From: Convolutriloba macropyga
Lineage: Eukaryota
Length of the DNA: 64,000 bases
NCBI RefSeq assembly: GCF_964194025.1
Contig: NC_134478.1
Span: 29,760,001 to 29,824,000, forward strand
Direction: 5' to 3'
In this document: positions 51,404-64,000 of the stretch, piece by piece
Numbering within the stretch: the first letter of the stretch is position 1
Layout: each line of letters opens with the position of its first letter
Notes under the pieces: generated by a model
The model's input: only the letters and a program-made list of their open reading frames with translations
Told to the model about the DNA's origin: nothing
The model's database searches: none
Made by a program: the position numbers and the translations under genes

Positions 51404-51779
51404 GTTATATTTTAGCTTAGCAAACAGAGTTGTAATAGTGCTGCAAATACACTATCTCAAAAGTATATCGGAATCGCGGAGCGAATACGAAGATTAGTGT
51501 GCGTTACTAATTTTACTTATTGGAATTGCGGAGCAAATCCAAGCTAGAATTTGGCTGGCGTAAATTAGAAGCGTTTGCAGAGCAACTTGAATTCAGAAGG
51601 CTAAATGAGACTATGATTCCTTATAATAAAATATTGTGAACAAACTATGAAATAATTTAGTAGACTAGCGGGAACAAATTTATACGTGAATAATAAAAAG
51701 TCATAACCTAAGTTATGATATATTTATGATATGAATATAAAATAGAGGATAAATTGATAATTAAGTACACATACAGATT

Positions 51780-51845
<66 letters not shown>

Positions 51846-51862
51846 TATTTATATGTATCACA
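51403..51862 (-). repeat. 5' LTR of Gypsy 2
   Basis: TGTGATAC...TATAACA on the minus strand, directly followed by PBS TGGCGCAGTC; contains a 61-nt (TA)n run. Confidence 0.88.
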
Positions 51863-52439
51863 TTTCCCCCATGACAGAAAATTGAACAAAGAATTAAGAG
51901 ATTGAAACACAACATAAATTAAACTGAGTAGGCGTCGCAAATGCTAAATTTAAAGGTCAATAAATGTAAACTTGTGTATATGCAGAGCATATGTAATGAA
52001 TTATTCCTTTTTCCTTTAAGAATATCATCATGTTAGCAGTGATCTGTCACTTTCCTAAATCTCACCGACATGCTTTGAAAAAAAGCGAGAACTTCTCTTT
52101 TAAATGAAAAACGCAGAGTTTGTGAATAAAGTTATTGAAGTTGTGCTTATCAAATGTTTTAGCTACGTCAAGAAAATTTGTTTTTCCTTGTTTTTACTGA
52201 TGATCCTTTTTTCACTTACAGAATCGAATTTCCCTTTTAATTTTGAGATACAAAAAGGAGCGCAACAATTCAATCCAAACTTTTTTGAGAAGAACGACTC
52301 GTAGTCAAAAATGATAGATTTCTTAAATTCTAACCTACCAACGTCAGATGAATTGCTCTCAAACCTCAAAGGAAATTGGGACATTAATAGGGCATGGTGG
52401 TAAACTCTACGAACCGCTCTTCACGCCATGAAACCAATT

Positions 52440-55400
52440 ATCATGGAATAATCTCATTCACAGCATAATTCAAGACTAGTGAGGACGGAAAATCAAAAGA
52501 GTCGTACAAAAAAATAGTGCAGCGAAAAAAGCTTAAAAATACATAGCCCTGGGTCGGTGGGCGGGGGGAGTGGTGTATGTAGTTTGAGAAGTAGGTTGGT
52601 AGGCGTAGGGTAGGTATGAAGGGTGGGGGTTCTTTTGTAAGATTGGGATAGGTTTGAGAAGTGGGAAGGTGTAGACAGGTGCAGTTCCTAATCAAAATAG
52701 CAGTTCCTCGTTACAGTTCTCCTAATTACTATACAAGCGTTTTCTATTTACTATTGTAAACTAAGCTTCTCTTAACATTCAAAGTTAGAGATCAGAAGTA
52801 CGCACAAACGCTCCAACTAAAACAAGTTTAGCCTGTAGAATAACGGAAACGACTCAAAAATTAGTGCAACTAAAAACCATTAATTAACCCTGCTTGAATT
52901 TAAAAAATCAAAAAAGAAATAAAAAGAAAGAGGGTATGTTGGATGGTTTAGGTGGGTAGCCGTGAGATATTTGATGGTTGTGGTGAGGCAGAGGGGGTGG
53001 TGTGTGGGGGATGGGATAGGGTGGGGTTTGGTAACGTAGGTGGTGGGGAATTTAGAAGGGATTTGGTAGGTAGATTTGTGATCTGTAGTTTACATAAGCA
53101 GAAGGATTTTTTTGGATCAAAAATTCTCAAAATAACCTCTTCAACCTGAATATTACCAGCAATTCTTAATTATTATACATTGCAGCATAAGCTTCTGTTA
53201 AAGTGTCAAAGGTTCAAAAACAGAACTGAAGGTTCAAAAACAATGGTAAGTTTTACAAAAACAAGCAATCCAAAACCAGTTATGAGCAAACTCGCTTCAG
53301 CTGAAAAAAATAACCGCTAGAATACCGGAAACAACTCGAAGAGTCGTGCAATTTACAACAAAACCAAATTTAATTTATTAAGATATTTCAGAAAAATGAA
53401 AACAATCAAATAATTGAAGAGCGATGTGGAGGGAGAGTAAATGGTCATTTGTGCGAAGTTTGAGGAGGGGTAAATTGGCATCCGAGGGAAGAGGGGCTGC
53501 AGTTGGTAGACTAGGGGGTTTGGTAGGTGCTTGAGGGGTCCATAATTAAGACATGTAGGAAGTACCTATTGAATCAAAAACTCTCAAAATGACCTCTTCA
53601 ATTCCAAAATTGCCAGCGGTTACTAATTGCTTTAGATTACAAACTGAGCTACTGTCACAACCAATTGCTGGAAACCAGAGATCAAAATTCAGAAACGATG
53701 GTAAATGGTTGAGGATAAATGAAAATTCAAGGCAAGGCATCGACAAATTTATTTCAGTTACATAATTAATTGGCCGGTAGATTACCGGAATTGATTTGAA
53801 GAATCATGCAATATAAACTCATCATTAAACTGATCTACTTCAGAAGTATTGAAAAAAGAATCAAAAACAAAAACAAAAGAAAAACTTATTTAGACACAAT
53901 TTTTATTTATTTATGTTGGGAAGAGGTTACATGGGTTGTGTGCAATGTAGGGGGTGTAGGTTGTATGAATGGCGCGCTAGGGGTGAGGGAAAGGGGATTA
54001 ATATCAGGAGTAGGAGTGGGCATAATTAGTAGTCAATATGTAGGGGGATGTGGTAGGTAGGATGGCCTGAGTTTGGGGTAGATAGGGCAGTCTTGGAAGT
54101 AGGTGGGGATCTGTAGTATACATAATTAAGAGAGATACCTATAGAGGACCATAATGTTTTTTAGACCTTGAGTATTGCAAGCAGTAATTTTAATGACTAC
54201 ATATTACTCACTGAGCTACTGTTAAAATCTAATTTTTGTAAACAGAAGTCAAAGTTCGAAAAAAGGAGGCAATTGTTCAAATAGAAAGCAGTCAAAGTTC
54301 AAGTCATGAACAAATTTGCTTCACCTGTGAAATATGGCTGGTAGAATGCCAGAAATTACTCAAAGAGTAGTGCAATAAAAATTCTACCTCATTTAGAAAA
54401 ATAAAGACAAAGAAATAAAAACAAAATTAGCGAAACTTAAATACACACCATTTTGATTTATTAATACGGGTAGGGTCGAGGGTACGTAGTTGGAAGCGAA
54501 TACGTTGGTGGAGAGAAGTAGGTTGCTGGTGAAGGTAGGTAAGGGCTGCAGGTAAGAGAAACGACGTGTGGGTTGATAAGGTATTGGGGTGTCTAGGCAG
54601 AAGCAGTCAGGATGTGTGGGTATTATATGTAGATAGGGATGAAGTGAGGATAGGTAGGATTTTTTGGTTAGTAGGTAAGTGGGTGGGCGTCTGCAGTTTA
54701 GATAATTAAGATAAATTTATACAGCAACAGAATCTCTCAAAATTACCTGTTCACCTTCAATGATACCAGCAGTTCCTTAATCCTACAAATGACACACAAA
54801 GCCGCACTTAAAGTGTGCAATGTTCAAACACAGAAGTGAACGTTCAGAAACGCTGGTATATGGTGGAATAGAAAATAGTGAAACCCATGCGATGAACATA
54901 CTTGCTTCAACTAAAACATCATAACCCGTAGCATACAAGAAACGAACCAAAGAGTTGTGCATAGACGCTCTAGCGAAATTTACCTAACTCAGAATTCTCA
55001 TGAAAATAAGGAAAAATTAAAAAACACGTTAGCGAAAATTTTTAGTTAACAATGTGGTTAGGTGCGAGAGGTAGACAAGTGTAGGGGATTGTAAGTAGTT
55101 GGATGGAGGTAAGGGATCGTGTAGGTAGAAGGAGCTGCGTGGTAAGGTAGGGGTTTTTGTAACCAGTGGGTCATGTAGGTTTCCGTGGTGGGTTGGCAAA
55201 CTTTGGGAATTTGGTAGGTAGGTGGAGGGTACGTAATGTAAATAAGTAGGGGGGATCAAAATTTCTGAAGATGACATCTTGCTTTGACTTTTACGAACAG
55301 TTCCTACTTACTGTACTTTACAAACTAAGCTGTTGTTAAATTCCATTGTTCCAAACAGAAGTCAGCGTTCAAAAACGGAGAAAAGAACCAATAGGTTGAA

Positions 55401-55630
55401 GCCAAAATTAAATTCAGGTTGCGGGGAGGTTAGTTAGGTAGGTAGTGGGTGAAATTTCATTATCCGGAACAGAAGTCCACGTTCTAACACAGAAGTCAAT
55501 GAGTGAAACCAAATGTTAAAATCCCAAGTCGAGAACAAAAGTGCTTCAGCAAAAAAAAAGCCTGTAGAAAACTAATACTGCTATTCCACTAGTGCAAACT
55601 TGTAACATACCCGGCAGATTGCCGGAAAAT
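52440..55630. repeat. Diverged modular tandem array (conserved AT-rich core plus G-rich spacer), ~6-7 units
   Basis: Recurring TAGAATACCGGAAAC.ACTC.AAGAGT.GTGCAA-like block near 52478, 52836, 53318, 53778, 54342 and 54929. Most are preceded by CAGAAGT...GTTCA.AAAC and followed by GGTAGG/GGG-rich tracts. Confidence 0.7.
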
Positions 55631-56039
55631 ATTCTCCATTGATTAGCATAGCAAAGATTGGGATTGAAAGAAAAGAAAAGAAAAAAATATTTATACAAAA
55701 ACAATTTTAATGTTGGAAATATTTTGATGTCAATTCGTAGTTGAACGTACTCCTGTTTCATAGTGAAACAATACAGTGGCTAGTATTAATACCAATAAGC
55801 ATTAGAGATGATACCGAAGATTTATGTAAACAAAATTTGAGTTACGGTCATCTAAAATTGGAATATATGGGTTTATCCCGATTCCATTTATGATTTCGTT
55901 TTTTGATGACTCTTATAGTTTTGAATTGCTTCGCCCAGGGACTGCTGTCTGAAAGCCCTTTGAGCAGAATGAGAAAGGACTGAAACTAACCCAGAGAAGT
56001 CAAAAATATTTCAAGTAAAATGTCGAAAAGCGGGAAAAT

Positions 56040-56700
56040 GAGGTAAAGCGAAACAAATTTTTGTTCGACGATATAAAAAAAAATTAGCAAGGCAAATCCT
56101 GAAAAACAATCCGAAGAATGGAGCGAAAATCTCAAAACTGCTGTATACAAAAACTGTGAACTAAAATCCAGCCAAAAAATTTAGTTCGACGAAGTAAAAA
56201 AAACATAGCAAGGCAAGTCTTGAAAAACAATCCAAAGAATTTGGCCAAAAACTCAAAAATTAAACCCACTAATCTCGGAAGAATTACTCTCGACTGACAG
56301 GCGGGTGGAAAAACATTTAACCCCATCGTGATGCGAACCATTGACCTCCTTCTTCACACCCATATGCACTGCCGACTGTGCTATTAGGCCCTTTTTGCTG
56401 TGCTGCAACCGACTTTTTATTATCCTTTAACTTTATTTCGGAGTGAGAGCAATAGAAATCTCTCAAAACTGAAGAACCAAAGCGTGAGAAAGTCACTTGA
56501 GAAGTCAAAAACTATTCTAGAAGAAAAACTCAAAATGGTCAACCTAAAAATTTGCATAAGAAATGGCAAAGACGTTTACAAACATTGCTATGGATTTCGT
56601 TCAAGAGCAATTAAAAACAACCGGGAACAAAAGATGTGAACTAAGGTAAAGCGAAAAAAATTAGACCGACGAACTAAAAAAACATAGCAGGACAAGTCCT
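56040..56700 (+). repeat. ~120-bp diverged repeat, two copies plus a partial
   Basis: TTCGACG...AAAAAAA..TAGCAAGGCAA.TC.TGAAAAACAATCC at ~56060 and ~56185; partial copy at ~56645. Confidence 0.6.
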
Positions 56701-57489
56701 GTTCTACAATTCAGTGGTGGCTGAGCTTACTAATTCAACAACCAAATCGAGCAGCGCTTCAAGGCCATTTCAAGCACTGAAGTTAGAATAGCATGACAAG
56801 AGAAATTAAATGCTACATTCTACCGAAGCCAAATGAATTTGTTCACTTTTTTCAACATTTATATTAGTTTACTATTATTAGTACGCAATTTTCATACATG
56901 AGGTTAAACTGAAACTCAAACTCGAACAATACTATTGTTGCCACATATTCATGTGTTCACAATCACACAAATTTAGCTCAAACGGAGTAAGAGATACCCA
57001 ACCTGGTATGCCAGATTCAATGAGTTTTGCGATTTTCTTAACAATTCAGAGAGTCTTAACAGTTCAGGCATCTTATAAGGTATCCTGAACCCCAAACTTT
57101 GTGTATTCAGAAAATCTTACAACATAGTGTTGTACAACCAATCAACAGTTCAATTTGACTTAAAAATTCACGTGACTACCAGCATAAAAGGAGATTGAAA
57201 AATTACCAAGAACCAGTTAAAACTTGCAATTTTGGTCTTATTAAATTTACCTACAGTGCGAATTGAAGCACACTTTCTTAAGCGGTAAATTACTTGTTAT
57301 CGTGTCTTGTTTCTGTAGATCATATTAGTGATTATACAGTTTTAACTTAATTTTGACTTGTTGAAAAGAGAATTAACATTGATATTCTCAAAACTTTTTT
57401 TCTGAGGAACAATATTCCTATGTAAGAAAAACTTTGTGAAAAACAAGCTGTCAGTTGCTCTTACTGGCTTTAACGAAGCCTAGCAGATT

Positions 57490-60185
57490 TCAACATTGGT
57501 GTTATTGAGGCCAATTGAAGACTAGAAATTAATTATTAAAACAAAAATTTAGAATTTAATTGAAGAGTTTTGCTTTGCGTTTTCCTTCTTAGGTTGCTTG
57601 ATTAAACTGGTAAGTTTTTACTGCATTCAGTAGAGAAATCTATCATTCAGGGCTCTATTTCAAAGTAATTTGAAATTTCGATTTATTTTTTGAGTTTTTA
57701 ACAAAATTTGATTGTTTCCATTTGAATTATTTTGTATTTTGAGCGACACAAATTGTTATACAGCAAAACTGAGCAATTAGTTATCGAGGCTAAATGTGCA
57801 AAAAGTAATGCAACGGTAATTTACAGTATAGCTGATAATGGACTTCACAAAAGTTAACTGCAAAAACACAATATCCAGACAGATTTGAAACCGTTGAAAC
57901 GAACTCGGCGGTGTAAAGTTATCCTTGATTTTGATAGAGAGCAGCCATTACATTTGGTCCGCAGACTTGAACAGTGGAAGATAATCTGATGTCCAATTTG
58001 ATGAAGATAGTGCTAAAGGCACACATCAAATAAAATTAAACGAATCAACAGCAAAAGACCACTGAGGCGAATAGAAGAGTGCAATTCACTAAAGAAATTG
58101 AAGTGCTAACCATGCTTAAAAGAAATGAGCAAAGGAAAACAAGACATCAACCAGGCAGTTCAAGCAAAGCCAGCAGAGAGGAGATTCAATCAACAGCTCC
58201 AAGATACGACAAGAAGTTTCAAGATTAAGTGGCGAAGTTAACAATATACGAATGCTTGGCTACAAAATAATTGATGAACGAGATTGATACAACAAAACAA
58301 AGGTCCTCACAGACTGTTCGCCTTCCAGAGGAAGAAATACCCAAGCAATTGCAGCTTCGAAGTAAGCTTAGGCCCTATCGTGCAAATTTATACGAAGAAC
58401 AGCTGAAGGAGGCAAGGAAGTGCAAGACAAGTTTGGACTATCATTGTCTTAAATACATAAGCAAAGGCACGCAACCAGCAATGAATGCAGAGCAAAGCAA
58501 CACAACACATGCAGTGAACGACAGCGAGGACAACAACAACTACCCAGCGAGCTGGCAACCCAGTTGCTCAAACAGTACAAAATGGAGCAACAGCAAGCGG
58601 CCAAGATGCGGAGAATGTTTCGGAAACATTTTCAGCAAAGCAAAGCCACGAGGAACGGATGAAAAAATTCGATATCGAAATTCAAAAACAAGATGCGACT
58701 GGAACAAGCACGGTTCAAATGGAGGAAACTAGAGCTGGAAACGCAAATGAAAGAACTGGAAACCAAGCATCATCTCCTGCAGGAAGAGCGTGAGCTAGAT
58801 CGCAAAGTGAAGAAAACAGCATTAGTGATTAATGAGGTTCGTTCCCAATCAAATATTGCTGGAGACAAATCACTCCTCAATTGGACCCCAAATAAGACAG
58901 ATGTCTCAGACTGAGCCAGTAGGATCGACAAACTTCCAACTCGAGGTCGATCAACAGCTGGCTTCGAAACAACCCCTGAATTGCACAGACGTAGTCAGAT
59001 CTCACGATATCGCAGTTCAGTTTCCCCCAGAGCTGTCCTATGATACAACAGTGGTTATTCACGTGGTGGTAACCTACAAATCTCAAGTTGAAAAACTTTG
59101 ATGGAAACCCCCTCGAATGGCCGGAGTGGTCTAGTATGTTCAATGCTAGTTCGAACGTGAAAGAATCAAAGCAAATGCAAAGTGATCACTGTGCGCTAGT
59201 TGCTGGCACTCATAAAATTTGGAATTGTCCACTATTCAAGAACATGTGTGTGAATGATCGGTAGGCAGCAGTGAGGAAGCAACACTTATGTTATGGATGT
59301 CTAGGCAGTGGAAATGCAATCAAAGATTGTAAGGTCAATGCACGCGGTATAAGTGGATGCATCAAGAAGCACCACCGATTGTAACACTTAGAAAAACAAA
59401 TGGACGAGGGCAACCATGCTCTCAACGTAAGCGCAGGAACAATCAACCAGAGTAACGAAGTTATTAGCTTCCTTCAGATTGTTCGTGTCTCAATACAGAG
59501 AGATGGCAACCGGCAGAACACATATGTTTTCCTCGATAATGGGTCAACGGTTTCATTCATTGATCAAAGTGTGCAAGAGAAGTTACGAGCCCAGGGCACC
59601 GATCTGAAGCTTAACATAGCTGGCATACACGAAATAGTGGATCTGAAGACAGAAATGATTCCGCTCAAATTAAAGGGACTACATACAAAAGTGCATTCAA
59701 TCGAAGCGTTTGCCAAACCACCAAACTCTTTGGGAAACACAATCTACAGCTACAACAAGCTGAAGCTAAGCCTCAATCATTTGAGTGTTCTAACCAACGG
59801 AAGCTTCAACTTGATGGAAGTTGGCATCATCCTTTTGGTCAAGATGCTTACGAGCTACAACGCCCATTGAACTACGAGATAGGAACACGAAATGAACCTT
59901 TCGCCGTTCTAAATGAGCTAGCATTGGTTGTCAGTGGACCAGCAAAAAAAGACAATATGTTTATCATTTCGCCTTCATTGAAGATGTGAAAGTGGCCGAG
60001 AAAATCAAAACCTGGTGGGAAATAGGAAACTATGCTTCCAAAATCAATTTCGCCAGTCAGTCAAAGAAGGAACTGCAGGGACAAAAGATGATAGCGAGTA
60101 GGACAAAGTTCACAGGCGAGTGATACGAAGTGGGAATGTTTTGAAGTGAACCAGAACCAAACCTACCGAAAAACTACAGCTCAGG
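57490..60185 (+). mobile_element. BEL/Pao remnant 3 (gag-protease only, decayed)
   Basis: Coiled-coil gag N-terminus, KLKNFDGNPLEWPEWSSMF, decayed knuckles (~59190-59390), protease YVFLDNGSTVSFI (59400-59870); stops before RT. Confidence 0.8.
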
Positions 60186-60737
60186 CTAGCGAGAAAACAA
60201 ATTGCTTCTGATACACCGTTTTCACACTCAACTTTAAAATTAGAATGAAAAAATTTTATGCCGCAAAACCTCTCGCTTTTTCGCGCCACTTCCTTTTTCG
60301 GCGTGAACAAATTCATTACTCCAATTGTACTTCAAATAAAAATCATAAAAATATGTTAACAGATCTTTTAAAAAAAGACAGCGCCCCAAGACAATTCAAA
60401 TTCTTTGAATTGTAAATAAAAATTAGGAGCGCTATAATAGCCAGCTGAGAAGATGAGGCGGCTATTAATATTACCAATACTCCTCTTCGAGTCGTAAAAA
60501 TACCACTAATGTAGAACTAATGTTATTGCTACAAACTTCGTTGGAGAGCAACTAATATTTTTCCGAAAGGAGAAGTCTGAGGCTATTTGAGCTTAGGACC
60601 CAAACTTCTCGACGATTAACTCGATGTAGCGTATAGAAACTTGCATAAAAAGTTAAGGAAACCGTATTTTTTTTGCAATAGCTGGTAAATAAACAAATTT
60701 GTTGCAAAAAGCACAAAGTATTTTGTGAATAAAGTTT

Positions 60738-63700
60738 CTACGCCGCCTGTGCGGTCTTGATGGTCTGGTACTGTCCGGAGGTGCCTGTCTTTGTGAAGTT
60801 GTGGTTGACCCCCTCCAGTTGTTTCCTGTAGTCCATGACATCCTTATCCAGAGCGAGGGAGTTATTCTTAAGAGCCAAGTCTTCGTTAACTCTCTGCAGA
60901 TTGTGCTCACAGTTGGTGAGTTCGTGTCTGAAATAGATCATTTCGTTTATCTATTGTGCCCATATTTCAGGTTAGATTTTCCTGCTCTGACTAACATAGC
61001 TGCAATTGAAAGTTATTTACCAAAACTTTGAGACAATGAACTTTTTGCCATGCATATATTTGGTACTATGAGGCATTATGTAACTTAGGAGTATCTAGAA
61101 GTTATTTCAAAATCATACCATAGCAAGATAAATCTTACGTAATAATCCTGAGATCTTATAAGGTTAGTACATGAGAAGTTTAGAACACTCTTCAATGACT
61201 AGGTATTTGCAAAAATCTAAAGCAAGCTCACAAGGCCTTTTCAATGCAACATGCACCTAGAAATCAGTGAGTATCAGAACTAAAATTCAGAACACTAAGC
61301 CACTTTTAGAGCAATAGTATAAATTTCAGCACTGATTCGGAAAGAGTTCAAAAGGAACGATGTGCTGATTCTGAATATCTCTGAATCAGAGATAAGTTCA
61401 GAATCAAGATAGTCTGAATTTCTGGGAATTACTTACTGTTCCTGTTTGAGTTTGTCCTTAAGCGCCTTAATCGTGTTCTTAATCTCATTGACCTCATTGA
61501 CCAGACCATACTGGGCATTGTCCCTGCACAGTTCCAGACCACTGGGTCTGCATGTCCTGTTCTCCAGTCTGGTCTCTGCCAGTTTGAGAGGTGCCTCCTT
61601 GTCCCTGATAGACTGCTCCATCTTGGCTATGTCTTTCTTCATCTCAGCTATCTCCTTCTCAGTCTGTGAACAAATTCTGAATGAATAGAAAAAGTTACGT
61701 AACTCTTGAAAACGTTCATGAACAAGAACATGATAAAAATTTTTTTAAGAAAAACTCAAAACATTAGATGCCCCAGAGCTTATAAAGCAAACTTCGTGAT
61801 AATTACCCAGTTATATGCAAAGGTGATCATTTTAAACCAACTTTTTTTGACCAATTTGGAGGGCTTATCATTTAATCGCCACTGAGTTTGAGCATGCCCA
61901 TTTTTTCAATAAACTACACAGGATTTTGAATAATGCTTGCAATAAAGAGGAGTAATGTTTTCAGCCAAGTGAATAACCTGACAAAATTATGTTTCGGCGT
62001 TACAAACACTGGATAAATGTTCGCTAAAATGGAAATGACATGTGCGAAGGAGTTGAGAGAGAGCAAATTAACATACTGTAAGCTCACTGTGCATAAGATA
62101 AGCTCCACATGCCTTGACAAGAAGCGCTACATGGGTCACGGGAGGTACCCAAATGCGAAATCTTAAGATCATTTGCTGGAATGGTTAGCACACCAGGCTT
62201 GCAAAGAAATTGCAAAGATGCTGGTTTGAACCCAGGGTAGTCCATTTTCGCCGCAGTTCCACCTGTTTTAGACCCCCCCCCCCTCTAAAAATGCAACTTA
62301 CCCTGTCTTTCTGCCATTCGTCCTCAACCTTCGCTTTCTCCATATCTGCTATTCTGTTCTTCATCGAGTACTCTGTCGCATTCTTCTGTGCCTCGACATC
62401 ATTCGCAGTCTAAACACACAAAATATATCAATTAATTAAACGTATTAAAGACCATTAGAACATTAGGAAAGATAACTTCCCTCCTCAAAATTCTCTCTTA
62501 TCTCTTAAAACTCTTTTAAAAAGATTCAAAATGAAGACGCCTGTTAAGGTAGGCGTTTATCTTGTAATACCTTGAAACACTTTTGTAAACGTATACAAGG
62601 AATTTGATTCTAGAGTCCCGCATGATGTTTACAAAATCTTATAAAATACTGGTTGGAGCCAGACTAGGGAGGCCACATACGGTGAAAGGAATCTCTGATA
62701 TTAACGTATTTTTACTTTGCGCAATTATTTAAAACATTTATCATGGGATTCAATTGGTATGTAATAAGAGTGTGTAATAATACCTGTCTGATGGTCTGGT
62801 TGATGGCTCCTCTGAGTGCAATGGATGCCTGCATCTCACTCTCTGCCCTGGCTCTGTTGTATCTGCTGTGTGCATCCCACTCTTGTGGAGTTATGTGTCT
62901 GAAACAATCCATTTTCAAGTTAAATATTTTGAGGACAAAGAGATATCATTGTGTGGTGCTTGTGACAAACAAAAAGGAACGACAAAATTTACTGTCATCG
63001 TGGTCGTAAATTTTGGCAACATTGGAATCCATCACAACTCAATTGTTTTCAACCTTTTGAGGTCCTCTTCAAATCTAACTAAAAGCTTCCTAAGTACCCG
63101 ATGATAGAGGAATAGACAAAAAGCTAGACTAAACTAGATAGAACATCTTTTAGCAAGGGAATTATTCCAACATAGAACTATTTAGATTGAAATTGTGTAA
63201 TTTTCTGAGTCAGGTGAAGCTGATGAATAATTAGTGTTGGGGTGAATTTGACTGACCCCTTGGTGACTCTGGTGGGGTTTGGCTGGAAACAGATCTCAGA
63301 GCTGTCTTGTGTCAGATTAGCCTGTTCATTGTCTATGTCCAATGCCACTATCTTATGCTCCAAGTCTCTCAATATCTGCTTCCTAGCCTCTTCTAACCGA
63401 CACAGTTGTTCAAATGCTTGTGAACACTTCTGTTGTAACGCCACTTTGGTCCCCTCGATAACCTCCACTTCCTAAAAACAAGTTTTTGCAAAACCCTGTA
63501 CCTACTTAAAACAATTTTTATATTTCCTGGTCAGGTTCTACCAAAACTGTTCTACAGATCCCGAGTCAAGTAATGATGTTGACTGACATTTTGTGGTGAC
63601 TAGCCAACTCTCGATCATTCTAGAACTTAATGAAAAACTGCAACGAAAACCACTGAAAATCTGATCTACAAGTGAAATAAATTGTGCTACAAATAGCTGG

Positions 63701-64000
63701 GCCATATAAAGAAACTTGCAGACTCTAATACGTTTTAACAATTCACACAACTCTTTTTGCATTAGGTGACCGAATTGAGTGTGCGTTTCTTACACACAAT
63801 TATATTCCGATAGACAGTGAGATCTTAACATCATTCAAAACTCTTTCTGTGGGAAAATTTTCGAAGTAAACAAAAGTTTCCATTAAAAGTAACCCACTTT
63901 TTTCAGCTCAGCACTAGGGACGTCATCGACCAAATCAATCTTCAGTCTACCCTCTCTCGTTGTCAGGTTCTGATTGGCCACATCCAGGGGCAGTGCTTTG
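60738..64000 (-). CDS. TEKT2: Tektin-2-like axonemal protein, last six exons (5' part outside the window)
   Basis: Exons 64000-63898 (partial), 63471-63257, 62898-62784, 62409-62302, 61663-61437 and 60927-60738 join in frame through GT-AG introns (phases 0,2,0,0,2). Protein includes LPLDVA..LTTRE, KEVEVI, PLKLAETRLENRT.RP..LELCRD.AQYGL, KNNSLALD. Subfamily assigned from recalled similarity to TEKT2. Confidence 0.9.
62172..62242 (+). other. Possible tRNA-derived SINE fragment in a tektin intron
   Basis: TGGAATGGTTAGCAC ... GGTTTGAACCC with A-box/B-box-like spacing. Confidence 0.25.

Larger units (their letters stand above)
45013..52005 (-). mobile_element. Ty3/Gypsy (Mag-like) element 2, near full length, disrupted
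   Basis: Direct repeats 45013-45544 / 51426-52005; PPT GGGGGAAA before TGTGATAC; PBS TGGCGCAGTC (51402-51393); gag-PR-RT-RH-IN order. Confidence 0.92.

Noticed and set aside
51404-51430. Missing PBS / Tf1-like self-priming in Gypsy 2
   Set aside because: This followed from placing the LTR end at TG 51431. Extending the LTR to 51403 reveals a normal tRNA-Ser-type PBS.
60437-60470. Hammerhead-like CTGAAGA inside a hairpin (also ~33105)
   Set aside because: No correctly placed GAAA or three-stem core.

Overview
AT-rich animal (invertebrate) genomic DNA, inferred from a spliced tektin gene and BEL/Pao elements, which are essentially metazoan. Two host-type genes bracket about 57 kb of nested retroelements. 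Left end, minus strand: a 738+ codon uninterrupted ORF, missing from the ORF track because it runs off the window, encoding a cellular (RNAi-type) RNA-dependent RNA polymerase with an intact DLDGD catalytic loop. Right end, minus strand: the last six exons of a tektin-2-like gene. In between are one young intact BEL/Pao element (165-bp LTRs, 5-bp TSD, 2252-aa gag-pol, 2.7-kb leader with a 175-bp tandem array), three decayed BEL/Pao copies, three Mag-like Ty3/Gypsy copies, a decayed CRE-like RLE retrotransposon, a probable decayed LINE, a modular G-rich tandem array and two assembly gaps. Best leads: (1) the intronless animal RdRP with an atypical motif set; (2) two divergent Gypsy elements whose gag start codon is built from the LTR-terminal A plus the tRNA-Ser primer-binding site. 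All translations and alignments were done by eye; no database searches were run.
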